A stretch of 64,000 nucleotides of DNA from Eledone cirrhosa (Eukaryota). Made by a program: the position numbers and the translations under genes. The stretch spans positions 8,804,001 to 8,868,000 of the forward strand of contig OZ024757.1 in NCBI GenBank assembly GCA_964016885.1, in the 5' to 3' direction. Under the pieces are notes generated by a model, which saw only the letters and a program-made list of their open reading frames with translations, was not told the DNA's origin and did not search any database. Shown in pieces: positions 24,857 to 41,838 of this stretch (the stretch's first letter is position 1; the number at the start of each line of letters is the position of its first letter).

Positions 24857-26226
24857 TTGTGTAAATGAAACCTTTCAGTATCACGACGTCTTAGCTCCGT
24901 AAATATACATTTACTACCAAATTTTCTATAATCATGATGACAGTGGTAATAACTAAAATTAATTCTTACATACATACGCATAGAAAGTGTGCACAGAGAA
25001 CCTCACACTCACACTCGCACACACATGGCTCACACACTCAAAAGGCCATCAAACCAACGGACAAACACACACGAACAGTTACTCGATAATGTTAAATACA
25101 ACCCAATATACATATGTGTATACATCAACATACGCAAAACACCAACATGACTTCACTTCTATATATATACACACTATTTTATTCATCAGTTCCAGCATAC
25201 AAAATATATAGACTTCCATGTTTACAAATATATAATGTAATCTCGATTTGACATTAATGTTGAAACACGTGTCATAGTTTTCTGTACAAAATAATAGAAA
25301 GTGTGTTTGAAATACAATTTTCGTTCTTTGGAGACAGCATTAATAGGTATGCTTGGTTCAGAGACAAATTTCTCTACAGGTGAAATAACTGGAACAAATA
25401 TGGAAGAAAATAATAGGAATGCAAGAAGCCTTTCTTGGGAAGAGTTTGTTATCAATTTGAAGAAATGGTAGAATAAGACGTCGTATTTTGAATTACCTAG
25501 ACCCATTTAGTTATATATGGGCTGTCTGGAATTATGAGACAAATATGGTAATTTCCATATGTGCATAAAGAACAAATATATATGATGGGATAACCAAATA
25601 TGTAGAGCAATAGCTGATCTAGTCATACGAGGATAAGGAGTATGAACAACGAAGGAAGACCTGAAATAGTGAAGAAGTGTCGGAGGAAATTTTGTTAAAG
25701 ATGAGAACTCTGATCTGTGAGATTATTCCATCAACCTCAAAGTATCTTGTGCAACATTCATCTTCTCTTTTTAACCAGAAATGTCATTCTTTCATAGATA
25801 ACTCTGATAATAGCCTGAAAAAGTGTATCTTTACTTTTGACCTCATTGTAATGTCTCTAAGGATCAAGGTCAATAAAATGTTTATCCTTGATTATGTTAG
25901 GGAGATTGTAATATAATATTCTTGACTGAAATAAGTAGTTATAAATTTACTGATCAAAACATGAATAAGTTTCTGAATAATTAATACATAATTTTAAATT
26001 AATAACTTACTCTTTTCGGCAAGTTTGGTCTTGAGTGTTGCTCTTCGAGAAGACAAATATGAAGCGTCAGCTAGAAAACATAAACAAAATAATAGTAAAA
26101 CTGTATGTATATATATACAAATTTATATTACAAATACAGAAAACAGTTATTAGATTCATTATCTCTGATATACTGATAAATACACCAGGTCCGAACACAA
26201 AAAGAAACAAGTTACCATGTCCTTAC

Positions 26227-26300
<74 letters not shown>

Positions 26301-27612
26301 TATAGGAACACGGCGTCTTAGCTTCGTAAATATACATTTACTACTGAATTTTCTCTAATCTTGATAACAGTCGTTATAACTAAAATGTATTCTTACATAC
26401 ACACGCATACCGTGTGTGTACACAGAATCTCACAGTCACACACGCACACAGATGGTTCACAGACTCAAAATGCCACCAAACCAACGGAGAAACACACACA
26501 AACTGTTACTCGTTAATGTTATATACAACCCAATATACATATATGTACAGATCAACATACGCAAAACACTAGCATGACTTCACTTATATATATATATACA
26601 CACTATTTTATTCATCAGTTCCAGCATACACAATATGTAGACTTTCATGCTTACAAATATATAATGTAATCTCGATTTGACATTAATGTTGAAACACGTG
26701 TCATATTTCTCTGTACAGACTAATAGAAAGTGTGTTTGAAATAAAACTTACGTTCGTTGGAGACAGTGTCTATTGTTATGCCTGGCTGAGAGACAAGGTT
26801 CTCTACAGGTGAAATAACTGGAAGAAATATGGAAGAAAATAATAGGAATGCAAGAAGCTTTTCTTGGGAAGAGTTTGTTATCAATTTGAAGAAATGGTAG
26901 AATAAGACGTTGTATTTTGAAACAAATATGGTAGTTTCGATATGTGCATAAAGAACAAATATATATGATGGGATAACCAAATATGTAGAGCAATAGCTGA
27001 TCTAGTCATACGAGGATAAGGAGTATGATCAACGAAGGAAGACCTGAAATAGTGAAGAAGTGTCGGAGGAAATTTTGTTAAAGTTGAGAACTCTGATCTG
27101 TGAGATTATTCCATCTACCTCAAAGTATCTTGTGCAACATTCATCTTCTCTTTTTAACCAGATATGTCATTCTTTCATAGATAACTCTGATAATAGCCTG
27201 AAAAAGTGTATCTTTACATTTGACCTCATTGTAATGTCTCTAAGGATCAAGGTCAATAAAATGTTTATCCTTGATTATGTTAGGGAGATTGTAATATAAT
27301 ATTCTTGACTGAAATAAGTAGTTATACATTTACTGATCAAAACATAAATAAGTTTCTGAATAATTAAAAGATAATTTTAAATTAATAACTTACTCTTTTC
27401 GGCAAGTTTGGTCTTGAGTGTTGCACTTCGAGAAGACAAATATGAAGCGTCAGCTAGAAAACATAAACAAAATAATAGTAAAACTGTATGTATATATATA
27501 CAAATTTATATTACAAATACAGAAAACAGTTATTAGATTCATTATCTCTGATATACTGATAAATACACCAGGTCTGAACACAAAAAGAAACAAGTTACCA
27601 TGTCCTTACCAA

Positions 27613-27795
<183 letters not shown>

Positions 27796-28902
27796 TATAG
27801 GAACATGGCGTGTTAGCTTCGTAAATATACATTTACTACTGAATTTTCTCTAATCTTGATAACAGTCGTTATAACTAAAATGTATTCTTACATACACACG
27901 CATACCGTGTGTGTACACAGAATCTCACAGTCACACACGCACACACATGGTTCACACACTCAAAAAGCCACCAAACCAACGTAGAAACACACACAAACTG
28001 TTGGAGACAGTGTCTATTGTTATGTCTGGCTGAGAGACAAGGTTCTCTACAGGTGAAATAACTGGAAGAAATATGGAAGTAAATAATAGGAATGCAAGAA
28101 GCTTTTCTTGGGAAGAGTTTGTTATCAATTTGAAGAAATGGTAGAACAAGACGTTGTATTTTGAATTACCTAGACCCATTTAGTTATATATGGGCTGTCT
28201 GGAATTATGAGACAAATATGGTAGTTTCGATATGTGCATAAAGAACAAATATATATGATGGGATAACCAAATATGTAGAGCAATAGCTGATCTAGTCATA
28301 CGAGGATAAGGAGTATGATCAACGAAGGAAGACCTGAAATAGTGAAGAAGTGTCGGAGGAAATTTTGTTAAAGTTGAGAACTCTGATCTGTGAGATTATT
28401 CCATCTACCTCAAAGTATCTTGTGCAACATTCATCTTCTCTTTTTAACCAGATATGTCATTCTTTCATAGATAACTCTGATAATAGCCTGAAAAAGTGTA
28501 TCTTTACATTTGACCTCATTGTAATGTCTCTAAGGATCAAGGTCAATAAAATGTTTATCCTTGATTATGTTAGGGAGATTGTAATATAATATTCTTGACT
28601 GAAATAAGTAGTTATACATTTACTGATCAAAACATAAATAAGTTTCTGAATAATTAAAAGATAATTTTAAATTAATAACTTACTCTTTTCGGCAAGTTTG
28701 GTCTTGAGTGTTGCACTTCGAGAAGACAAATATGAAGCGTCAGCTAGAAAACATAAACAAAATAATAGTAAAACTGTATGTATATATATACAAATTTATA
28801 TTACAAATACAGAAAACAGTTATTAGATTCATTATCTCTAATATACTGATAAATACACCAGGTCTGAACACAAAAAGAAACAAGTTACCATGTCCTTACC
28901 AA

Positions 28903-29075
<173 letters not shown>

Positions 29076-30191
29076 TACATATATATAGGAACATGGCGTG
29101 TTAGCTTCGTAAATATACATTTACTACTGAATTTTCTCTAATCTTGATAACAGTCGTTATAACTAAAATGTATTCTTACATACACACGCATACCGTGTGT
29201 GTACACAGAATCTCACAATCACACACGCACACACATGGTTCACACACTCAAAAAGCCACCAAACCAACGGAGAAACACACACAAACTGTTGGAGACAGTG
29301 TCTATTGTTATGTCTGGCTGAGAGACAAGGTTCTCTACAGGTGAAATAACTGGAAGAAATATGGAAGTAAATAATAGGAATGCAAGAAGCTTTTCTTGGG
29401 AAGAGTTTGTTATCAATTTGAAGAAATGGTAGAATAAGACGTTGTATTTTGAATTACCTAGACCCATTTAGTTATATATGGGCTGTCTGGAATTATGAGA
29501 CAAATATGGTAGTTTCGATATGTGCATAAAGAACAAATATATATGATGGGATAACCCAATATGTAGAGCAATAGCTGATCTAGTCATACGAGGATAAGGA
29601 GTATGAACAACGAAGGAAGACCTGAAATAGTCAAGAAGTGTCGGAGGAAATTTTGTTAAAGATGAGAACTCTGATCTGTGAGATTATTCCATCTACCTCA
29701 AAGTATCTTGTGCAACATTCATCTTCTCTTTTTAACCAGAAATATCATTCTTTTATAGATAACTCTGATAATAGCCTGAAAAAGTGTATCTTTACTTTTG
29801 ATCTGATTGTAATGTCTCTAAGGATCAAGGTCAATAAAATGTTTATCCTTGATTATGTTAGGGAGATTGTAATATAATATTCTTGACTGAAATAAGTAGT
29901 TATACATTTACTGATCAAAACATAAATAAGTTTCTGAATAATTAATAGATAATTTTAAATTAATAACTTACTCTTTTCGGCAAGTTTGGTCTTGAGTGTT
30001 GCACTTCGAGAAGACAAATATGAAGCGTCAGCTAGAAAACATAAACAAAATAATAGTAAAACTGTATGTATATAGATACAAATTTATATTACAAATACAC
30101 AAAACAGTTATTAGATTCATTATCTCTGATATACTGATAAATACACCAGGTCCGAACACAAAAAGAACCGAAGTTACCATGTCCTTACCAA

Positions 30192-30278
<87 letters not shown>

Positions 30279-30732
30279 TATAGGAACACGGCGCCTTAGC
30301 TTCGTCGTAAATATACATTTACTACTGAATTTTCTCTAATCTTGATAACAGTCGTTATAACTAAAATGTATTCTTACATATACACGCATACCGTGTGTGT
30401 ACACAGAATCTCACAGTCACACACGCACACACATGGTTCACACACTCAAAAAGCCACCAAACCAACGGAGAAACACACACAAACTGTTACTCGTTAATGT
30501 TATATACAACCCAATATACATATATGTACAGATCAACCTACGCAAAACACTAGCATGACTTCACTTATATATATATATACACACTATTTTATTCATCAGT
30601 TCCAGCATACACAATATGTAGACTTTCATGTTTACAAATATATGATGTAATCTCGATTTGACATTAATGTTGAAACACGTGTCATAGTTCTCTGTACAGA
30701 CTAATAGAAAGTGTGTTTGAAATAAAACTTAC

Positions 30733-30798
30733 GTTCGTTGGAGACAGTGTCTATTGTTATGCCTGGCTGAGAGACAAGGTTCTCTACAGGTGAAATAA
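30733..30798 (-). CDS. Representative array exon B ISPVENLVSQPGITIDTVSNE
   Basis: ttccatatttcttccAG | 66 nt | GTAAGT; repeated in each unit through 61182-61247. Confidence 0.6.
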
Positions 30799-31420
30799 CT
30801 GGAAGAAATATGGAAGAAAATAATAGGAATGCAAGAAGCTTTTCTTGGGAAGAGTTTGTTATCAATTTGAAGAAATGGTAGAATAAGACGTTGTATTTTG
30901 AATTACCTAGACCCATTTAGTTATATATGGGCTGTCTGGAATTATGAGACAAATATGGTAGTTTCGATATGTGCATAAAGAACAAATATATATGATGGGA
31001 TAACCAAATATGTAGAGCAATAGCTGATCTAGTCATACGAGGATAAGGAGTATGAACAACGAAGGAAGACCTGAAATAGTGAAGAAGTGTCGGAGGAAAT
31101 TTTGTTAAAGATGAGAACTCTGATCTGTGAGATTATTCCATCTACCTCAAAGTATCTTGTGCAACATTCATCTTCTCTTTTTAACCAGAAATGTCATTCT
31201 TTCATAGATAACTCTGATAATAGCCTGAAAAAGTGTATCTTTACTTTTGACCTGATTGTAATGTCTCTAAGGATCAAGGTCAATAAAATGTTTATCCTTG
31301 ATTATGTTAGGGAGATTGTAATATAATATTCTTGACTGAAATAAGTAGTTATACATTTACTGATCAAAACATAAATAAGTTTCTGAATAATTAATAGATA
31401 ATTTTAAATTAATAACTTAC

Positions 31421-31480
31421 TCTTTTCGGCAAGTTTGGTCTTGAGTGTTGCACTTCGAGAAGACAAATATGAAGCGTCAG
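31421..31480 (-). CDS. Representative array exon [20 protein letters not shown]
   Basis: tttatgttttctAG | 60 nt | GTAAGT; repeated in each unit through 61870-61929. Confidence 0.6.
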
Positions 31481-31639
31481 CTAGAAAACATAAACAAAAT
31501 AATAGTAAAACTGTATGTATATATATACAAATCTATATTACAAATACAGAAAACAGTTATTAGATTCATTATCTCTGATATACTGATAAATACACCAGGT
31601 CCGAACACAAAAAGAAACAAGTTACCATGTCCTTACCAA

Positions 31640-31744
<105 letters not shown>

Positions 31745-33105
31745 TATAGGAACACGGCGTCTTAGCTTCTTCGTAAATATACATTTACTACTGAATTTTC
31801 TCTAATCTTGATAACAGTCGTTATAACTAAAATGTATTCTTACATACACACGCATACCGTGTGTGTACACAGAATCTCACAGTCACACACGCACACACAT
31901 GGTTCACACACTCAAAAAGCCACCAAACCAACGGAGAAACACACACAAACTGTTACTCGTTAATGTTATATACAACCCAATATACATATATGTACAGATC
32001 AACATACGCAAAACACTAGCATGACTTCACTTATATATATATATACACACTATTTTATTCATCAGTTCCAGCATACACAATATGTAGACTTTCATGTTTA
32101 CAAATATATGATGTAATCTCGATTTGACATTAATGTTGAAACACGTGTCATAGTTCTCTGTACAGACTAATAGAAAGTGTGTTTGAAATAAAACTTACGT
32201 TCGTTGGAGACAGTGTCTATTGTTATGCCTGGCTGAGAGACAAGGTTCTCTACAGGTGAAATAACTGGAAGAAATATGGAAGAAAATAATAGGAATGCAA
32301 GAAGCTTTTCTTGGGAAGAGTTTGTTATCAATTTGAAGAAATGGTAGAATAAGACGTTGTATTTTGAATTACCTAGACCCATTTAGTTATATATGGGCTG
32401 TCTGGAATTATGAGACAAATATGGTAGTTTCGATATGTGCATAAAGAACAAATATATATGATGGGATAACCAAATATGTAGAGCAATAGCTGATCTAGTC
32501 ATACGAGGATAAGGAGTATGAACAACGAAGGAAGACCTGAAATAGTGAAGAAGTGTCGGAGGAAATTTTGTTAAAGATGAGAACTCTGATCTGTGAGATT
32601 ATTCCATCTACCTCAAAGTATCTTGTGCAACATTCATCTTCTCTTTTTAACCAGAAATGTCATTCTTTCATAGATAACTCTGATAATAGCCTGAAAAAGT
32701 GTATCTTTACTTTTGACCTGATTGTAATGTCTCTAAGGATCAAGGTCAATAAAATGTTTATCCTTGATTATGTTAGGGAGATTGTAATATAATATTCTTG
32801 ACTGAAATAAGTAGTTATACATTTACTGATCAAAACATAAATAAGTTTCTGAATAATTAATAGATAATTTTAAATTAATAACTTACTCTTTTCGGCAAGT
32901 TTGGTCTTGAGTGTTGCACTTCGAGAAGACAAATATGAAGCGTCAGCTAGAAAACATAAACAAAATAATAGTAAAACTGTATGTATATATATACAAATCT
33001 ATATTACAAATACAGAAAACAGTTATTAGATTCATTATCTCTGATATACTGATAAATACACCAGGTCCGAACACAAAAAGAAACAAGTTACCATGTCCTT
33101 ACCAA

Positions 33106-33210
<105 letters not shown>

Positions 33211-34571
33211 TATAGGAACACGGCGTCTTAGCTTCTTCGTAAATATACATTTACTACTGAATTTTCTCTAATCTTGATAACAGTCGTTATAACTAAAATG
33301 TATTCTTACATACACACGCATACCGTGTGTGTACACAGAATCTCACAGTCACACACGCACACACATGGTTCACACACTCAAAAAGCCACCAAACCAACGG
33401 AGAAACACACACAAACTGTTACTCGTTAATGTTATATACAACCCAATATACATATATGTACAGATCAACATACGCAAAACACTAGCATGACTTCACTTAT
33501 ATATATATATACACACTATTTTATTCATCAGTTCCAGCATACACAATATGTAGACTTTCATGTTTACAAATATATGATGTAATCTCGATTTGACATTAAT
33601 GTTGAAACACGTGTCATAGTTCTCTGTACAGACTAATAGAAAGTGTGTTTGAAATAAAACTTACGTTCGTTGGAGACAGTGTCTATTGTTATGCCTGGCT
33701 GAGAGACAAGGTTCTCTACAGGTGAAATAACTGGAAGAAATATGGAAGAAAATAATAGGAATGCAAGAAGCTTTTCTTGGGAAGAGTTTGTTATCAATTT
33801 GAAGAAATGGTAGAATAAGACGTTGTATTTTGAATTACCTAGACCCATTTAGTTATATATGGGCTGTCTGGAATTATGAGACAAATATGGTAGTTTCCAT
33901 ATGTGCATAAAGAACAAATATATATGATGGGATAACCAAATATGTAGAGCAATAGCTGATCTAGTCATACGAGGATAAGGAGTATGAACAACGAAGGAAG
34001 ACCTGAAATAGTGAAGAAGTGTCGGAGGAAATTTTGTTAAAGATGAGAACTCTGATCTGTGAGATTATTCCATCTACCTCAAAGTATCTTGTGCAACATT
34101 CATCTTCTCTTTTTAACCAGAAATGTCATTCTTTCATAGATAACTCTGATAATAGCCTGAAAAAGTGTATCTTTACTTTTGACCTGATTGTAATGTCTCT
34201 AAGGATCAAGGTCAATAAAATGTTTATCCTTGATTATGTTAGGGAGATTGTAATATAATATTCTTGACTGAAATAAGTAGTTATACATTTACTGATCAAA
34301 ACATAAATAAGTTTCTGAATAATTAATAGATAATTTTAAATTAATAACTTACTCTTTTCGGCAAGTTTGGTCTTGAGTGTTGCACTTCGAGAAGACAAAT
34401 ATGAAGCGTCAGCTAGAAAACATAAACAAAATAATAGTAAAACTGTATGTATATATATACAAATCTATATTACAAATACAGAAAACAGTTATTAGATTCA
34501 TTATCTCTGATATACTGATAAATACACCAGGTCCGAACACAAAAAGAAACAAGTTACCATGTCCTTACCAA

Positions 34572-34666
<95 letters not shown>

Positions 34667-37408
34667 TATAGGAACACGGCGTCTTAGCTTCTTCGTAAAT
34701 ATACATTTACTACTGAATTTTCTCTAATCTTGATAACAGTCGTTATAACTAAAATGTATTCTTACATACACACGCATACCGTGTGTGTACACAGAATCTC
34801 ACAGTCACACACGCACACACATGGTTCACACACTCAAAAAGCCACCAAACCAACGGAGAAACACACACAAACTGTTACTCGTTAATGTTATATACAACCC
34901 AATATACATATATGTACAGATCAACATACGCAAAACACTAGCATGACTTCACTTATATATATATATACACACTATTTTATTCATCAGTTCCAGCATACAC
35001 AATATGTAGACTTTCATGTTTACAAATATATGATGTAATCTCGATTTGACATTAATGTTGAAACACGTGTCATAGTTCTCTGTACAGACTAATAGAAAGT
35101 GTGTTTGAAATAAAACTTACGTTCGTTGGAGACAGTGTCTATTGTTATGCCTGGCTGAGAGACAAGGTTCTCTACAGGTGAAATAACTGGAAGAAATATG
35201 GAAGAAAATAATAGGAATGCAAGAAGCTTTTCTTGGGAAGAGTTTGTTATCAATTTGAAGAAATGGTAGAATAAGACGTTGTATTTTGAATTACCTAGAC
35301 CCATTTAGTTATATATGGGCTGTCTGGAATTATGAGACAAATATGGTAGTTTCCATATGTGCATAAAGAACAAATATATATGATGGGATAACCAAATATG
35401 TAGAGCAATAGCTGATCTAGTCATACGAGGATAAGGAGTATGAACAACGAAGGAAGACCTGAAATAGTGAAGAAGTGTCGGAGGAAATTGTGTTAAAGAT
35501 GAGAACTTTGATCTGTGAGATTATTCCATCTACCTCAAAGTATCTTGTGCAACATTCATCTTCTCTTTTTAACCAGAAATGTCATTTTTTCATAGATAAC
35601 TCTGATAATAGCCTGAAAAAGTGTATCTTTACTTTTGACCTCATTGTAATGTCTCTAAGGATCAAGGTCAATAAAATGTTTATCCTTGATTATGTTAGGG
35701 AGATTGTAATATAATATTCTTGACTGAAATAAGTAGTTATACATTTACTGATCAAAACATAAATAAGTTTCTGAATAATTAATAGATAATTTTAAATTAA
35801 TAACTTACTCTTTTCGGCAAGTTTGGTCTTGAGTGTTGCACTTCGAGAAGACAAATATGAAGCGTCAGCTAGAAAACATAAACAAAATAATAGTAAAACT
35901 GTATGTATATATATACAAATTTATATTACAAATACACAAAACAGTTATTAGATTCATTATCTCTGATATACTGATAAATACACCAGGTCAGAACACAAAA
36001 AGAACCGAAGTTACCATGTCCTTACCAAATATATATATATACATATATATAGGAACACGGCGTCTTAGCTTCTTCGTAAATATACATTTACTACTGAATT
36101 TTCTCTAATCTTGATAACAGTCGTTATAACTAAAATGTATTCTTACATATACACGCATACCGTGTGTGTACACAGAATCTCACAGTCACACACGCACACA
36201 CATGGTTCACACACTCAAAAAGCCACCAAACCAACGGAGAAACACACACAAACTGTTACTCGTTAATGTTATATACAACCCAATATACATATATGTACAG
36301 ATCAACCTACGCAAAACACTAGCATGACTTCACTTATATATATATATACACACTATTTTATTCATCAGTTCCAGCATACACAATATGTAGACTTTCATGT
36401 TTACAAATATATGATGTAATCTCGATTTGACATTAATGTTGAAACACGTGTCATAGTTCTCTGTACAGACTAATAGAAAGTGTGTTTGAAATAAAACTTA
36501 CGTTCGTTGGAGACAGTGTCTATTGTTATGCCTGGCTGAGAGACAAGGTTCTCTACAGGTGAAATAACTGGAAGAAATATGGAAGAAAATAATAGGAATG
36601 CAAGAAGCTTTTCTTGGGAAGAGTTTGTTATCAATTTGAAGAAATGGTAGAATAAGACGTTGTATTTTGAATTACCTAGACCCATTTAGTTATATATGGG
36701 CTGTCTGGAATTATGAGACAAATATGGTAGTTTCCATATGTGCATAAAGAACAAATATATATGATGGGATAACCAAATATGTAGAGCAATAGCTGATCTA
36801 GTCATACGAGGATAAGGAGTATGAACAACGAAGGAAGACCTGAAATAGTGAAGAAGTGTCGGAGGAAATTTTGTTAAAGATGAGAACTCTGATCTGTGAG
36901 ATTATTCCATCTACCTCAAAGTATCTTGTGCAACATTCATCTTCTCTTTTTAACCAGAAATGTCATTCTTTCATAGATAACTCTGATAATAGCCTGAAAA
37001 AGTGTATCTTTACTTTTGACCTGATTGTAATGTCTCTAAGGATCAAGGTCAATAAAATGTTTATCCTTGATTATGTTAGGGAGATTGTAATATAATATTC
37101 TTGACTGAAATAAGTAGTTATACATTTACTGATCAAAACATAAATAAGTTTCTGAATAATTAATAGATAATTTTAAATTAATAACTTACTCTTTTCGGCA
37201 AGTTTGGTCTTGAGTGTTGCACTTCGAGAAGACAAATATGAAGCGTCAGCTAGAAAACATAAACAAAATAATAGTAAAACTGTATGTATATATATACAAA
37301 TTTATATTACAAATACAGAAAACAGTTATTAGATTCATTATCTCTGATATACTGATAAATACACCAGGTCCGAACACAAAAAGAAACAAGTTACCATGTC
37401 CTTACCAA

Positions 37409-37481
<73 letters not shown>

Positions 37482-38841
37482 TATAGGAACACGGCGTCTT
37501 AGCTTCTTCGTAAATATATATTTACTACTGAATTTTCTCTAATCTTGATAACAGTCGTTATAACTAAAATGTATTCTTACATACACACGCATACCGTGTG
37601 TGTACACAGAATCTCACAGTCACACACGCACACACATGGTTCGCTCACTTAAAAAGCCACCAAACCAACGGAGAAACACACACAAACTGTTACTCGTTAA
37701 TGTTAAATACAACCCAATATACATATATGTACAGATCAACATACGCAAAACAATAGCATGACTTCACTTATATATATATACACACTATTTTATTCATCAG
37801 TTCCAGCATACACAATATGTAGACTTTCATGTTTACAAATATATGATGTAATCTCGATTTGACATTAATGTTGAAACACGTGTCATAGTTCTCTGTACAG
37901 ACTAATAGAAAGTGTGTTTGAAATAAAACTTACGTTCGATGGAGACAGTGTCTATTGTTATGCCTGGCTGAGAGACAAGGTTCTCTACAGGTGAAATAAC
38001 TGGAAGAAATATGGAAGAAAATAATAGGAATGCAAGAAGCTTTTCTTGGGAAGAGTTTGTTATCAATTTGAAGAAATGGTAGAATATGACGTTGTATTTT
38101 GAATTACCTAGACCCATTTAGTTATATATGGGCTGTCTGGAATTATGAGACAAATATGGTAGTTTCGATATGTGCATAAAGAACAAATATATATGATGGG
38201 ATAACCAAATATGTAGAGCAATAGCTGATCAAGTCATACGAGGATAAGGAGTATGAACAACAAAGGAAGACCTGAAATAGTCAAGAAGTGTCGGAGGAAA
38301 TTTTGTTAAAGATGAGAACTCTGATCTGTGAGATTATTCCATCTACCTCAAAGTATCTTGTGCAACATTCATCTTCTCTTTTTAACCAGAAATGTCATTT
38401 TTTCATAGATAACTCTGATAATAGCCTGAAAAAGTGTATCTTTACTTTTGACCTCATTGTAATGTCTCTAAGGATCAAGGTCAATAAAATGTTTATCCTT
38501 GATTATGTTACGGAGATTGTAATATAATATTCTTGACTGAAATAAGTAGTTATAAATTTACTGATCAAAACATAAATAAGTTTCTGAATAATTAATAGAT
38601 AATTTTAAATTAATAACTTACTCTTTTCGGCAAGTTTGGTCTTGAGTGTTGCACTTCGAGAAGACAAATATGAAGCGTCAGCTAGAAAACATAAACAAAA
38701 TAATAGTAAAACTGTATGTATATATATACAAATTTATATTACAAATACAGAAAACAGTTATTAGATTCATTATCTCTGATATACTGATAAATACACCAGG
38801 TCCGAACACAAAAAGAACCGAAGTTACCATGTCCATACCAA

Positions 38842-38926
<85 letters not shown>

Positions 38927-40307
38927 TATAGGAACACGGCGTCTTAGCTTCTTCGTAAATATACATTTACTACTGAATTTTCTCTAATCTTGATAACAGT
39001 CGTTATAACTAAAATGTATTCTTACATACACACGCATACCGTGTGTGTACACAGAATCTCACAGTCACACACGCACACACATGGTTCACACACTCAAAAA
39101 GCCACCAAACCAACGGAGAAACACACACAAACTGTTAGTCGTTAATGTTATATACAACCCAATATACATATATGTACAGATCAACATATGCAAAACACTA
39201 GCATGACTTCACTTATATATATATATACACACTATTTTATTCATCAGTTCCAGCATACACAATATGTAGACTTTCATGTTTACAAATATATGATGTAATC
39301 TCGATTTGACATTAATGTTGAAACACGTGTCATAGTTCTCTGTACAGACTAATAGAAAGTGTGTTTGAAATAAAACTTACGTTCGTTGGAGACAGTGTCT
39401 ATTGTTATGCCTGGCTGAGAGACAAGGTTCTCTACAGGTGAAATAACTGGAAGAAATATGGAAGAAAATAATAGGAATGCAAGAAGCTTTTCTTGGGAAG
39501 AGTTTGTTATCAATTTGAAGAAATGGTAGAATAAGACGTTGTATTTTGAATTACCTAGACCCATTTAGTTATATATGGGCTGTCTAGAATTATGAGACAG
39601 ATATGGTAGTTTCCATATGTGCATAAAGAACAAATATATATGATGGGATAACCAAATATGTAGAGCAATAGCTGATCTAGTCATACGAGGATAAGGAGTA
39701 TGAACAACGAAGGAAGACCTGAAATAGTGAAGAAGTGTCGGAGGAAATTTTGTTAAAGATGAGAACTCTGATCTGTGAGATTATTCCATCTACCTCAAAG
39801 TATCTTGTGCAACATTCATCTTCTCTTTTTAACCAGAAATGTCATTTTTTCATAGATAACTCTGATAATAGCCTGAAAAAGTGTATCTTTACTTTTGACC
39901 TCATTGTAATGTCTCTAAGGATCAAGGTCAATAAAATGTTTATCCTTGATTATGTTAGGGAGATTGTAATATAATATTCTTGACTGAAATAAGTAGTTAT
40001 ACATTTACTGATCAAAACATAAATAAGTTTCTGAATAATTAATAGATAATTTTAAATTAATAACTTACTCTTTTCGGCAAGTTTGGTCTTGAGTGTTGCA
40101 CTTCGAGAAGACAAATATGAAGCGTCAGCTAGAAAACATAAACAAAATAATAGTAAAACTGTATGTATATATATACAAATTTATATTACAAATACAGAAA
40201 ACAGTTATTAGATTCATTATCTCTGATATACTGATAAATACACCAGGTCCGAACACAAAAAGAATCGAAGTTACCATGTCCTTACCAAATATATATATAT
40301 ACATTTT

Positions 40308-40365
<58 letters not shown>

Positions 40366-41744
40366 TATAGGAACACGGCGTCTTAGCTTCTTCGTAAATA
40401 TACATTTACTACTGAATTTTCTCTAATCTTGATAACAGTCGTTATAACTAAAATGTATTCTTACATACACACGCATACCGTGTGTGTACACAGAATCTCA
40501 CAGTCACACACGCACACACATGGTTCACACTCAAAAAGCCACCAAACCAACGGAGAAACACACACAAACTTTTACTCGTTAATGTTATATACAACCCAAT
40601 ATACATATATGTACAGATCAACATACGCAAAACACTAGCATGACTTCACTTATATATATATATACACACTATTTTATTCATCAGTTCCAGCATACACAAT
40701 ATGTAGACTTTCATGTTTACAAATATATGATGTAATCTCGATTTGACATTAATGTTGAAACACGTGTCATAGTTCTCTGTACAGACTAATAGAAAGTGTG
40801 TTTGAAATAAAACTTACGTTCGTTGGAGACAGTGTCTATTGTTATGCCTGGCTGAGAGACAAGGTTCTCTACAGGTGAAATAACTGGAAGAAATATGGAA
40901 GAAAATAATAGGAATGCAAGAAGCTTTTCTTGGGAAGAGTTTGTTATCAATTTGAAGAAATGGTAGAATAAGACGTTGTATTTTGAATTACCTAGACCCA
41001 TTTAGTTATATATGGGCTGTCTGGAATTATGAGACAAATATGGTAGTTTCGATATGTGCATAAAGAACAAATATATATGATGGGATAACCAAATATGTAG
41101 AGCAATAGCTGATCTAGTCATACGAGGATAAGGAGTATGAACAACGAAGGAAGACCTGAAATAGTGAAGAAGTGTCGGAGGAAATTTTGTTAAAGATGAG
41201 AACTCTGATCTGTGAGATTATTCCATCTACCTCAAATTATCTTGTGCAACATTCATCTTCTCTTTTTAACCAGAAATGTCATTTTTTCATAGATAACTCT
41301 GATAATAGCCTGAAAAAGTGTATCTTTACTTTTGACCTCATTGTAATGTCTCTAAGGATCAAGGTCAATAAAATGTTTATCCTTGATTATGTTAGGGAGA
41401 TTGTAATATAATATTCTTGACTGAAATAAGTAGTTATACATTTACTGATCAAAACATAAATAAGTTTCTGAATAATTAATAGATAATTTTAAATTAATAA
41501 CTTACTCTTTTCGGCAAGTTTGGTCTTGAGTGTTGCACTTCGAGAAGACAAATATGAAGCGTCAGCTAGAAAACATAAACAAAATAATAGTAAAACTGTA
41601 TGTATATATATACAAATTTATATTACAAATACAGAAAACAGTTATTAGATTCATTATCTCTGATATACTGATAAATACACCAGGTCCGAACACAAAAAGA
41701 ACCGAAGTTACCATGTCCTTACCAAATATATATATATACATTTT

Positions 41745-41838
<94 letters not shown>

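Larger units (their letters stand above)
6174..25300 (-). repeat. Older mosaic part of exon-bearing tandem array (4-5 kb block duplications)
   Basis: Homologous positions recur at 7018/11088, 8414/12501, 9576/13674 and 16851/21827. Contains diverged A and B exon variants. Confidence 0.92.
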
